A stretch of 64,000 nt of DNA from Planctomycetota bacterium (GTDB lineage: Bacteria > Planctomycetota > Phycisphaerae > UBA1845): the NCBI GenBank assembly GCA_024276605.1, contig JAJRWX010000098.1, positions 11,113 to 75,112 on the forward strand, given 5' to 3'. A program made the translations under genes and the position numbers. Shown here piece by piece: positions 8,832-17,777 of the stretch; the stretch's first letter is position 1, and every line of letters starts with the position of its first letter. The notes under the pieces are model-generated. The model made no database searches. It saw only the letters and a program-made list of their open reading frames with translations, and was not told the origin of the DNA.

Positions 8832-9410
8832 ATGATGCACCAAAGTGGAAATCCAAGCGCATCCGCGGAACTTCGAGAAGAACACCAGGTGATCTTGAGA
8901 GTTATTGACGTTCTCAAGAAACTCGTTGCCCGATCACGATCCGGTAACGGTTTTGAATCGGAGGCTTTCAAGCAGTGTGTCAGCTTTATCAAGTATTTCG
9001 CAGATGCTTGCCATCACGCAAAGGAAGAAGAATTATTTTTTCCAGTGCTCGAATCGCGTGGGATCCCTAAAGAAAACGGGCCGATTGGCATGATGCTTTA
9101 CGAACACACACTCGCACGCGGCTTTACGGCTGAGATGGCCCAAGCACTCGATGCGCATGACAAGGGTGATGCGGATGCCATCGAACAGTTCCTTCGTGCG
9201 GCTGAACAATATGCCGAACTTCTTACCGGGCATATCTTCAAAGAAGATAATGTCCTCTTCAACATGGGGGACCAGGCATTATCTCCACAGGATCACGAAT
9301 CTTTATGTTCGAAATACTGTGAAGTCGGTTGCAAATCGTTTGGCGGAAAGAAACGGGACGAACTCAAGCGCATGGCTGATGATTTGTGTGAAAAATGGAT
9401 GGGAGATTGA
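8832..9410 (+). CDS. Hemerythrin-like HHE cation-binding protein
   Basis: EEH...HHAKEEELFFP...EH...HIFKEDNVLF di-iron HHE pattern. Confidence 0.85.
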   Translation: MMHQSGNPSASAELREEHQVILRVIDVLKKLVARSRSGNGFESEAFKQCVSFIKYFADACHHAKEEELFFPVLESRGIPKENGPIGMMLYEHTLARGFTAEMAQALDAHDKGDADAIEQFLRAAEQYAELLTGHIFKEDNVLFNMGDQALSPQDHESLCSKYCEVGCKSFGGKKRDELKRMADDLCEKWMGD

Positions 9411-9440
9411 TGCCGGCTGGGTGCGGATAGTTGTCAAATA

Positions 9441-10601
9441 TTATCGTAGAGTGGATACCGCCGTAGCGAATATATCGGTAGCAAGGGCAACTTCTTCGTC
9501 GGTCGTAAAACGTCCTAGAGAAAAACGAATACTCCCAGCCATCTGCTCATCACTTCTTCCCATGGCTCCCAGAACATAACTGGGCTGGAGCGTGGCACTA
9601 GTACATGCAGAACTTGAAGACACAGCTACACTGGTAATATCTCGCATCAGCACCTCGCTATCCATTCCTTCAATACTGACGTTAAGTGTATTAGCTAGAC
9701 GTTGCATGGTACTACCATTGATGGTGATGCCATGTATGTGTGAATAAAGTTGGCGTTGCAGCTTGTCACGCAAACGGCGAATCCGTTTTTGCTCGTTGCT
9801 CATGTTAAGTCGGCAAAGCTCAACGGCTGCGCCCATACCGACAATACCCGGTACGTTCAGCGTACCAGACCGCAGACCGCGCTCGTGTCCACCGCCGTGA
9901 ATAATAGCCTCACAACGAACGCGCGGCTTGCGTCGACGCACGTAAAGCACGCCAACTCCCTTTGGACCGTACATTTTGTGAGCAGACATGGCCAATAAAT
10001 CAATGTCAAATGCTTCGACGTCGATTCGTTCTTTCCCGGCGGACTGTGTAGTGTCACTGAACAACAGGGCACCATGCTGCTTACATAGACGTCCTATTTT
10101 TTCAATGGGCTGAATCACGCCGGTTTCATTATTGGCGTGCATAACAGCGACGAGGACAGTTTGCTGAGTGATAGCCGCTTTGAGTTGTTGCAAGTCAATC
10201 AGACCATCGGCGTTGACCGGGAGATACGTTATGGACCAGCCTTTCCTTTCCAACCATTCGCACGTATCGAGCACGGCCTTGTGCTCCGTGCACACGGTAA
10301 CTATATGGCGACCATTATGGGCGTAGTAGGGCGATTCAGCTATCCCCTTTAGAGCCAGATTGACCGCCTCCGTCGCACCACTCGTGAAAAAAATCTCTCT
10401 TGGATCAGCTTCGATAAGTTTGGCTACCTGCTGTCGAGCAAGTTCAACGGCTTGAGCAGCTTCACATCCCAAACTATGATTTCGGCTGGCGGCGTTACCG
10501 AACTTTTCGATAAAGTAAGGTTTCATGGTTTCGAAAACGCGCGGGTCCAGCGGTGTTGTCGCGTTGTAGTCGAGATAGATGGGGGTGTTCAAGGGTATCA
10601 A
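9441..10601 (-). CDS. iscS: Cysteine desulfurase, IscS/NifS group
   Basis: IYLDYNATTP, GNAAS, EHKAV, NNETG, SAHKMYGPKG (PLP Lys), RSGTLNV, catalytic loop SSSSACTS; TTG start. Confidence 0.9.
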   Translation of the reverse strand: MIPLNTPIYLDYNATTPLDPRVFETMKPYFIEKFGNAASRNHSLGCEAAQAVELARQQVAKLIEADPREIFFTSGATEAVNLALKGIAESPYYAHNGRHIVTVCTEHKAVLDTCEWLERKGWSITYLPVNADGLIDLQQLKAAITQQTVLVAVMHANNETGVIQPIEKIGRLCKQHGALLFSDTTQSAGKERIDVEAFDIDLLAMSAHKMYGPKGVGVLYVRRRKPRVRCEAIIHGGGHERGLRSGTLNVPGIVGMGAAVELCRLNMSNEQKRIRRLRDKLQRQLYSHIHGITINGSTMQRLANTLNVSIEGMDSEVLMRDITSVAVSSSSACTSATLQPSYVLGAMGRSDEQMAGSIRFSLGRFTTDEEVALATDIFATAVSTLR

Positions 10602-10632
10602 TCACTATTCAAAACAGGTTTTTGCAACAGGC

Positions 10633-12531
10633 TCAGGATGTATGAACCACGCTTAACTCATGATTTCTTTTCAAGTAGTGCATCGCACATCCCAGGGCCG
10701 AGATGGTGAAGATAAGCGGATAAAGACGTTCCGTATACCATAGTTTGGCAAAATAGAGGCCGATGGGAGCCGGTTCGAACGTCGTGCCCTGGTCTGTATG
10801 TTCGATTAACCAGTCACAGCCTCGTTCAATGGCTACGCGCGTATAGTCGTCTGTCGATAAGTCCTGAGATTGGCATGATAAGGTTTCCACAGCTAGGGCA
10901 GTCTCCTCGATGGTGGACGGCGTGGAAACATCTCCGCCCCAACCACCATCAGCATGTTGACTAGTTAACATCCAGTGCAATCCACGCAATCGTGCTTTGT
11001 GCCATGATCGTTTTGTGTTTACTTCAATGAATAAATCCTCTGGAGCGCGTAGTACGCGCGATGTACCATAAATAAGATTGTGCTGCAGTTTGGCATATTG
11101 ATTGCCAAACCATAAAGGTATCCAAGTACCGTTGTCGCACTGCGTTGTTAATAAGTATCGCACAGCTTTTTCAGACGCACGATCAAGGTGTCTTTGATGC
11201 TTGAGGGACAGTAATGATCGCCATACGCGCCACGCGCGAAGACTATGGGCCGTCAAATCAGGACTGCTCTGATCAAACGGTAACTTTCCCCAGCCTCGAC
11301 AAAACGTAGGTATGCCACCGTCCTTATTTTGCAAATCCATTAACCATTGCACACCTCGCTTAACGGCTTTAGTTAAGTTATCGTCATCAGTCGAAATCGA
11401 CTGAGTGAGGGCTTTCAATGCAAGTAGTGCACCGGCTGTGTCGTCTGCGTCGGGAACACCGCCGCTGAGATTCGTCCAAGCCCATCCCCCTGGTGCAGCA
11501 TGTGTATAGGGATGTTCGGTCTGATATTGCTGATTCAACAGCCAATGACGCGTTGCATGCTGATTATTTCCACCTATGGTGCTCGTTAATTCGCCTTGCC
11601 CCGACAAGGCTTGAATCGACAGCGTAGTAACCCAAGTAGCCAGGTTAGTGTCTATAGGCCAACTACCATCTTCGCGGGCGGAGTTAACCAAGAACCCGAT
11701 AGCCTGCTTTGCCACAGGAGTGGCACTATGTCCAATCGACGCCAGGCTCATAAGCACAAACCCGGTCAATGGCGCTGCTTCTAAAAACCCCCCCGTATCA
11801 GGTTGGATCGTTTGCAGGACGCGCAGCGTCTTATTCTTTGTCATATATCGTAGCCATCGAGCAACGGGGTTCTTGGTCGGGCGATGATGATGGCGTGCTT
11901 GCCCGATGGCGATAAGTGCAGGTAGTGCATAACTTACGACGGGCAACCCCACCAAACGAAACCACTGATGAGGGCATGCCGCTAACTCAAAAGGCAACGC
12001 TCGAATATGTTGCCATGCACTAGTACCATCACCAAATCGACCAGACAGTGCGCACATCGTGAGTATAGGCACCGAAAAAGTGCGGTCCTTGCCATAAACC
12101 ATATCAATGGCCTGGGAGAGATCAGCTGCGGATAGACTCTTGGCTTGACTGAGCATCCAAGATTCAGCACGCTGCTCTGCATAACGCACATCTTGATCCG
12201 ATGGCGTTTTCATATGTAGCGCCGCCCAACAAAGCGTTGTTGTGCTGATATTGCTCGGGCTTTCAATGGTATCCCCCCAACCACCATCTTTGTTTTGATG
12301 CTTGATTAGCCAACTAAATCCATGCTGTATGAGCTTCCTAAGGGACGCACGATCTGAGGAATTGTCGTCGTGATGATGGCGACATACCAAAGAAAGAGCG
12401 CACACCGACGTGGCTGTAGATAGCGCGCTACTCGATAATTCTCCCGTCCAGTGGCAACGATCATCGCGCAGACTAAGCAGCCGTTGAGTCGCCGCCTCTA
12501 GAGTTTGTTCGATGTCTTGATAGTCTACCAT
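10633..12531 (-). CDS. Class II terpene cyclase, divergent squalene-hopene cyclase-like
   Basis: DxDD motif PDADDTA; QW-type repeats (QNKDGGWG, EDGSW, QNKDGG, QCDNGTW, QHADGGWG); 632 aa, consistent with a two-barrel size. Confidence 0.85.
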   Translation of the reverse strand: MVDYQDIEQTLEAATQRLLSLRDDRCHWTGELSSSALSTATSVCALSLVCRHHHDDNSSDRASLRKLIQHGFSWLIKHQNKDGGWGDTIESPSNISTTTLCWAALHMKTPSDQDVRYAEQRAESWMLSQAKSLSAADLSQAIDMVYGKDRTFSVPILTMCALSGRFGDGTSAWQHIRALPFELAACPHQWFRLVGLPVVSYALPALIAIGQARHHHRPTKNPVARWLRYMTKNKTLRVLQTIQPDTGGFLEAAPLTGFVLMSLASIGHSATPVAKQAIGFLVNSAREDGSWPIDTNLATWVTTLSIQALSGQGELTSTIGGNNQHATRHWLLNQQYQTEHPYTHAAPGGWAWTNLSGGVPDADDTAGALLALKALTQSISTDDDNLTKAVKRGVQWLMDLQNKDGGIPTFCRGWGKLPFDQSSPDLTAHSLRAWRVWRSLLSLKHQRHLDRASEKAVRYLLTTQCDNGTWIPLWFGNQYAKLQHNLIYGTSRVLRAPEDLFIEVNTKRSWHKARLRGLHWMLTSQHADGGWGGDVSTPSTIEETALAVETLSCQSQDLSTDDYTRVAIERGCDWLIEHTDQGTTFEPAPIGLYFAKLWYTERLYPLIFTISALGCAMHYLKRNHELSVVHTS

Positions 12532-12537
12532 GATGAT

Positions 12538-13419
12538 TTATAGGCTCAAATGCCCCAACGCTAATAATGCATAAAAGGTATACTCGCTATCGTGCATGTC
12601 GTCAGCCCAATGACCACAGAATGCCTGGCCGGTCCATAGAGAATCGACGAAGTCCAGGCATTTTTCTTTCAAATCATCAAACGCGATGTGCATACCCGCC
12701 AATGCGTGTAGTGCTGTCGCTGTTGATAATAGATCAGGCATAGGCGCACGAGGCGTAGCTTTGAACCCGCCTTCAAGATGACACTGCATGCGCAACCACG
12801 CACCAGCCTGTTCAGGGGCAGTCCCTGCAAGGTGCCTTAGTATCGTCACTGCAGCCGCTGTTGTCGTCGTTGTGCCTTCACGGGCACGCTTATCATTGGC
12901 AAACGCCCCGTCCTCGGTTTGCAATGCGTAAACACTTCGGCACACGCTTCGAGGATCAGGAAAGTCAATAGTGAGGTCTTGATGAGCACCCAGTGCGAGA
13001 AAACTATGATACACCGATCCGTGTGCAGCTTGAGCCGTAGCGTGATAACCCCCATCTTCGCTACGGAATTTTTCAATCTGTTGGATGATGGCCTCTCTTG
13101 TTGGTTCGTTCAAACCATCATGGCCAATCGCTGTCCAGCAGCGTGCTAGGCAACAAAGGTGTACGAAATCTAGCGTTTCACCTGCATTATATTGCAGTAG
13201 AAACTGGCGAACGCGATCAACCGGCGGCTGAGCTTGCATGGCGATCAACCCGTCCAGCGTGAACACCGTGTAATATAGATCGCTTTCACCGGCGCGGTTT
13301 TTTCCCCCGCCATCTTCGTTGATTTGACCTTGCAGGAATTCGACAACCCGATCGCCGGCTTCATGCAGCAGGTTCGGTGCGAGCCTGGCTACTTGCAGCA
13401 TTTCGAGCCTCAAACTCAC
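12538..13419 (-). CDS. Prenyltransferase/squalene-oxidase-repeat protein (single alpha/alpha barrel)
   Basis: Repeats QINEDGG...DLYYT, SEDGGY, QTEDGAF, EGGF...PDLLST, DSEYTFYALLAL. GTG start at 13419 preferred; ATG 13401 is an alternative. Overlaps the upstream gene. Confidence 0.75.
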   Translation of the reverse strand: MSLRLEMLQVARLAPNLLHEAGDRVVEFLQGQINEDGGGKNRAGESDLYYTVFTLDGLIAMQAQPPVDRVRQFLLQYNAGETLDFVHLCCLARCWTAIGHDGLNEPTREAIIQQIEKFRSEDGGYHATAQAAHGSVYHSFLALGAHQDLTIDFPDPRSVCRSVYALQTEDGAFANDKRAREGTTTTTAAAVTILRHLAGTAPEQAGAWLRMQCHLEGGFKATPRAPMPDLLSTATALHALAGMHIAFDDLKEKCLDFVDSLWTGQAFCGHWADDMHDSEYTFYALLALGHLSL

Positions 13420-15193
13420 TACAATACCCTTCGATGAGATTGTCGCCGAACATTTTTCCAATCACACGACGAAGCAGGCCTTTTAAGGTGGCGTTGGTCA
13501 GCGTACTCAACGAGCGAATCGCTTGCTCTGTATACGCCTCCTGCAATTCCTTCGCTTTTTGGATGACGCCTCTTTCCTGCAAAATAGTATCGAGCCGACT
13601 TCGTACCGTATCGTAATCGCATCGGCGCCTCCACAGGTTGGTGAGTAACGCCTTCTCTTGACCTATGGCAGCTCGTTTGAGTGCGATTGAAAGAACGATT
13701 GATGGCCGTAAATCACGCAGGTCGTGCGAATCACTCTCTCCGCTATAGTCTTCTAGGTCGTCGCGAATTTGGTAAGCAATTCCCAGCGACTCGGAGTAAG
13801 TGCGTAACACGTCATGAGTCTTTTGATCTGCGCCAGCCAAGTTGGCACCTAATTGCAGGGCGACCTCGAACGCCGGAGCGGTCTTTTGCCTGAATATATC
13901 AAGCACTTCGAGCGAAGACATCGGTCGAGGTTTACGCGTCCAACAAAGTTCCGCCCCTTGTCCGCGACTCAACGTCAAGTGGCCCTGTGCTGCCACGCGA
14001 AGCATCTGAACCTTGATGTCAGCTGCGATGTCCAATTCACCAATTAAGCGATAACCTTCGCCTAGTAAGAAGTCTCCGATGTTAAGTGCCACAGGCATGC
14101 CATATTCAACGTGCAACGCTTTGTCGCCGTAACGCTCATCATCGTCGTCTTCAATATCATCATGAATGAGCGACGCTTTGTGGAAGCACTCTACCGCTAC
14201 AGCTAATTTCTTCAACGTATCAGGAATATCGGGCTGATCTTTACAGTTATCTCCAGCCAGCGCCAGATAGACACATGTGGTCAGATAGGGTCGCCAACGC
14301 TTACCGGCACGGGCTAGCCAATGTTGAGCGATATGATAAGTATCGTCAGCAGGATCTCCCATGATACGTGCCAAAGACGCGGCATCAAACCAACTTTGCA
14401 CGTGCCCTTTAAGTTCATTAAGGTCCATGCGATAGGTTCGGTCATCCGATGTCAGATGAATAACATCCCATACCCAATCAAGATCGACCGATGTGTTGAC
14501 ACAATCATCCTGTAATAGTGGAATCGCCACGCCGGGAACGGCTGTCGCCTCCAAATGCGGAAAACATTTTTCCAAAACATTCAGACAACTCACGCCCACG
14601 ATGGCTTCAATTCGACCGGTCTCGATCATTTTTCGCACAATAGCTGACCCTTCAGCCACCAACACGGCATAGCCAAGGCGCTCGGCTTCAACGGTAAGAT
14701 CATGGAGCGAACATAATCCGCATTCCTTACATAATAAACCAAACTCATCAAACGGAGCCGGGCAGACTTCCTCAACCCGAAGACACTTGGGAACCAATAG
14801 CAAGCGGCGATCATAGGGGGTTTGTGCCAGCGTTTCTCGCCAAGCCGCGTTACTCACCAACACAGCCGTATAATCATCATATGCGGCGCTTACACCTGCC
14901 AGCTTTCGAACCTTCTCGGTGAGCTTACGCATATCATCCATGGATAAAGGCGGTAAGATTCCTTCAGTGTCCATGATCTCAGCCGCACATCGCTTGAGTT
15001 GATCGCGCACGTTTCGACTGTTGGGGATGTTCGATTGCGTCGTTCGCTCAGTTTGTTTAATCACACGCGGCGGTAGCGTGAGTAAAGGTAACTTGACCGG
15101 GTGTGTAGGTTGAATGGCTTCATCCATGCGCACAACCTGTTTCGTTGGCGCTACCGAAGACGTATCTAAATCATTGTGCCTGATCATACGCAT
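13361..15193 (-). CDS. DUF116-like Cys-rich domain fused to a trans-polyprenyl diphosphate synthase
   Basis: N-half RRLLLVPKCLR...CPA...CKECGLC...GVSC...DCVNT (DUF116-like); C-half GKRWRP, FARM HDDIEDDDDER, GQ, KT, SARM QIRDDLED; SD AAGGA upstream. Confidence 0.85.
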   Translation of the reverse strand: MRMIRHNDLDTSSVAPTKQVVRMDEAIQPTHPVKLPLLTLPPRVIKQTERTTQSNIPNSRNVRDQLKRCAAEIMDTEGILPPLSMDDMRKLTEKVRKLAGVSAAYDDYTAVLVSNAAWRETLAQTPYDRRLLLVPKCLRVEEVCPAPFDEFGLLCKECGLCSLHDLTVEAERLGYAVLVAEGSAIVRKMIETGRIEAIVGVSCLNVLEKCFPHLEATAVPGVAIPLLQDDCVNTSVDLDWVWDVIHLTSDDRTYRMDLNELKGHVQSWFDAASLARIMGDPADDTYHIAQHWLARAGKRWRPYLTTCVYLALAGDNCKDQPDIPDTLKKLAVAVECFHKASLIHDDIEDDDDERYGDKALHVEYGMPVALNIGDFLLGEGYRLIGELDIAADIKVQMLRVAAQGHLTLSRGQGAELCWTRKPRPMSSLEVLDIFRQKTAPAFEVALQLGANLAGADQKTHDVLRTYSESLGIAYQIRDDLEDYSGESDSHDLRDLRPSIVLSIALKRAAIGQEKALLTNLWRRRCDYDTVRSRLDTILQERGVIQKAKELQEAYTEQAIRSLSTLTNATLKGLLRRVIGKMFGDNLIEGYCSEFEARNAASSQARTEPAA

Positions 15194-15238
15194 TGTTCCT
15201 TATGATACACGCCTTTACTCACCCGTCATGTTTCCATG

Positions 15239-16435
15239 CTATGTATAGGCACCAAAGCCGAAAAACCAATGCTTTTTTGCGAATCGGTATAACCAGTGAT
15301 CTTCCGGTATTTCGTGACCTGGATTATGTTGACTGTTCAATGATTGCATCGTATCCAACTCAGCATACATCGATTTACGATCCGTGGTATCCGCCGCACC
15401 ATGTCGCTCACCCAATGCTTGAAGCAAGTCGGGTCGCTCCAACACAATACAGCCGCGCGTGGCCTTGGCTGCAGTCTTGCGAAAATCTTCAAGGTACGAA
15501 GACTCCGTAAGCGTTTTGTATATGTCGCCGTCGTTATCATCAATATGTTCAGTAGCCAATTGGATAATCGGGCAAGGTTCTACATGGCCCCAAGGCCCGA
15601 CATGATGACTTACCCCCGTAGCCGCCGGGCACAGTGCCTGTCCTTTATCATCCCAATAGGCATCCACAAAACCGATGGCTTTCTTCGATCGCATCTCCAC
15701 CGCAAAGCGGCGCACTTTCAACACCTGTTCAGGACGAAGCGCAAGCTCCGGAGCAGCGTCAGGCCCTACGGGACGGTAGGTATGATACCACATATAATGC
15801 ACGCCACGCTGAATAAGCGCATCCACCCACGCTTCATTGACCAAATCATCAATGTTCGTTTGGCATACGCTTGTCGCTACGCCGGTGATGATGCGATGAC
15901 GTATGCACGCATCGATACCCGCTAGCGTTTTGTTATAAACACCCAATCGACCACGCCGCTGATCGCTAACCAATTCCGTACCTTCTACACTAATCAGCGG
16001 GGTGGCATTACCAATGCGTCGCATCTGAGCGGCGACCTCATCGGTAATAAAATGACCGTTTGTAAAGATTTGAAAGTAGCAGTCAGGGTGAGCAGCCAGG
16101 ATGCGCATGAGATCAGGATGCATAAATGGCTCACCGCCCAAAATGCCGAAAAAACTGTTTCCGTGTTTCTTGGCGTTTGTTATGAGCTTGTCCATCTGCT
16201 CGAAGGTAATGATTGACTGTGGCGATGCAACATCAATCCAGCATCCCGTACATCTAAGGTTACAGCTATTAGTGATGGATATGTAGAGGAAGGGAGGGAA
16301 TGTCGTACCCTGTTTGAGTCGTTTCTTAAAGCGCTGTACGGAACGCATACCCTTATACCCAAAGTTATACGCAAACTTCCACAACAGACGAGCATCCGTA
16401 CTGCGAACCATGCGATAGCCAAGCTGTGCAATCAT
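15239..16435 (-). CDS. Radical SAM protein with SPASM/Twitch-like C-terminus
   Basis: CNLRCTGC motif, GGEPF, FTNG, CPA...GHVEPCP. Confidence 0.9.
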   Translation of the reverse strand: MIAQLGYRMVRSTDARLLWKFAYNFGYKGMRSVQRFKKRLKQGTTFPPFLYISITNSCNLRCTGCWIDVASPQSIITFEQMDKLITNAKKHGNSFFGILGGEPFMHPDLMRILAAHPDCYFQIFTNGHFITDEVAAQMRRIGNATPLISVEGTELVSDQRRGRLGVYNKTLAGIDACIRHRIITGVATSVCQTNIDDLVNEAWVDALIQRGVHYMWYHTYRPVGPDAAPELALRPEQVLKVRRFAVEMRSKKAIGFVDAYWDDKGQALCPAATGVSHHVGPWGHVEPCPIIQLATEHIDDNDGDIYKTLTESSYLEDFRKTAAKATRGCIVLERPDLLQALGERHGAADTTDRKSMYAELDTMQSLNSQHNPGHEIPEDHWLYRFAKKHWFFGFGAYT

Positions 16436-16466
16436 AAGATGAACATGACTCCCATGCGTAACGCTT

Positions 16467-17366
16467 TCATATGCCCCAATCCTGCGGCGAGGACGTCGTA
16501 CGCTTATCCTGAACTGTCTGCGATCTCGCTTGACGATTTAATGCTTTAGCCTTGGCCCGTTCCGCGCGTTCTTGAATATCGCCCACCGACGGAAGCGACA
16601 TCAACACCTCATTAGGGATGTCTAATTCCCCCTGTAATTTTTTCAGACAGCGCTTTCTTTCCAGCAAGGCTTTTGATTCATCACGTTCCGTAGAAAAACG
16701 TTTTCGCGCATCACTTTGACGGTTGCGGAGCGCCGCGTAAATATCACCACCAAGCAGCGCCGATACGTCTACCTTCATGGCTTCCCGTTGAATGTCGGAC
16801 TCGCGCACCACATCACCGTTGATCGGCCCCTTGCTATATTTAGGGAAAAGAATAGCCACTTCCGGGCAAACACGGGAGCAAGCCGGACAATCCGTTTTAC
16901 ATTTTTCCTGATGCTGTACCGTGATTTGTTCCTGGCTATCGACGGCATATACATCGAACAGGCAAAAGCTTAAACACTGCATACAATTTGTGCATCGATC
17001 AAAATCGATCACAGGGAACCAAGGTTTCCAACCACCCGGCGACGTCGTCCCCATTTGCTCAGCGGTCGCTTCGACCTTACGAACGACTGCTTCAGTAGAA
17101 AGCCCCGTAACATCTTCAATGACAACCTGTGCATCATCCGCTATATCCGATGCTTGCGAAGTAGTCTTTCCGATAAATTTTCCAAGTACGAGTAGCGCCT
17201 GGCTATGATTCTCACGAACATGCCCGCGCCCATTAGCGCAGGTGACGTCGTATCCATTAGATAGTAGCGTAGTAACGATATCGAGCCGCTCACTATCGGC
17301 GAATGCAGCGCTGTCAGCCCCCTCATAAAGGACGACGCGCAGTGATGTGTTGCCATGACCGATCAT
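16467..17366 (-). CDS. 4Fe-4S dicluster ferredoxin-domain protein
   Basis: CTNCMQCLSFC and CKTDCPACSRVCP; charged helical C-terminus; 4-nt overlap with the upstream gene. Confidence 0.85.
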   Translation of the reverse strand: MIGHGNTSLRVVLYEGADSAAFADSERLDIVTTLLSNGYDVTCANGRGHVRENHSQALLVLGKFIGKTTSQASDIADDAQVVIEDVTGLSTEAVVRKVEATAEQMGTTSPGGWKPWFPVIDFDRCTNCMQCLSFCLFDVYAVDSQEQITVQHQEKCKTDCPACSRVCPEVAILFPKYSKGPINGDVVRESDIQREAMKVDVSALLGGDIYAALRNRQSDARKRFSTERDESKALLERKRCLKKLQGELDIPNEVLMSLPSVGDIQERAERAKAKALNRQARSQTVQDKRTTSSPQDWGI

Positions 17367-17734
17367 GTAGCGACGCCTTTATTCAGCGGTCGGCCTTCCA
17401 GTAGTAGGGGAACAATCTCATCCGCACGCTGCTCACGCATATTCAGTATATGATGAGTACCATCAGACAGCGAAGCATCGGCAGCGTGGAACAACCACTT
17501 AACCGCTCGTGGAAAACATGCTGCAATTTTCAAATCGCCGGACATAGCCAACTCTTTCAGCGCGGGATCTTTTCGAGATGACATCCGACAGAGATCAGCA
17601 AAAGCATCGAACGCGATACCCGATGCCGTGAGTTCGCGTAGCACGTGCTGCTTGGTTTCTTCCGGCACGACCTTGGCATAAGTGCAGTTGCAATAAACCA
17701 CGCGGAGGTTGGTAGGTGATTGGGTCTGGTTCAT
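17363..17734 (-). CDS. Small Cys-motif protein resembling the N-terminal domain of heterodisulfide reductase subunit A
   Basis: VVYCNC...DLC...IAACFPR...LF...ILNMRE parallels the HdrA N-terminal pattern (VYVCHC...C...VAACSPR...F...ANIRE); ATG 17734 with AAGGA upstream. Confidence 0.6.
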   Translation of the reverse strand: MNQTQSPTNLRVVYCNCTYAKVVPEETKQHVLRELTASGIAFDAFADLCRMSSRKDPALKELAMSGDLKIAACFPRAVKWLFHAADASLSDGTHHILNMREQRADEIVPLLLEGRPLNKGVAT

Positions 17735-17777
17735 GCGAGAAGCTAAATCCTTATGATGAAACAACTAGCCGATCGAT

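Noticed and set aside
15344..15925. 193-aa plus-strand ORF, and similar antisense ORFs such as 1653-2270, 5349-5969, 27123-27593 and 39563-40051
   Set aside because: They are antisense shadows of well-supported genes, with no recognizable motifs.
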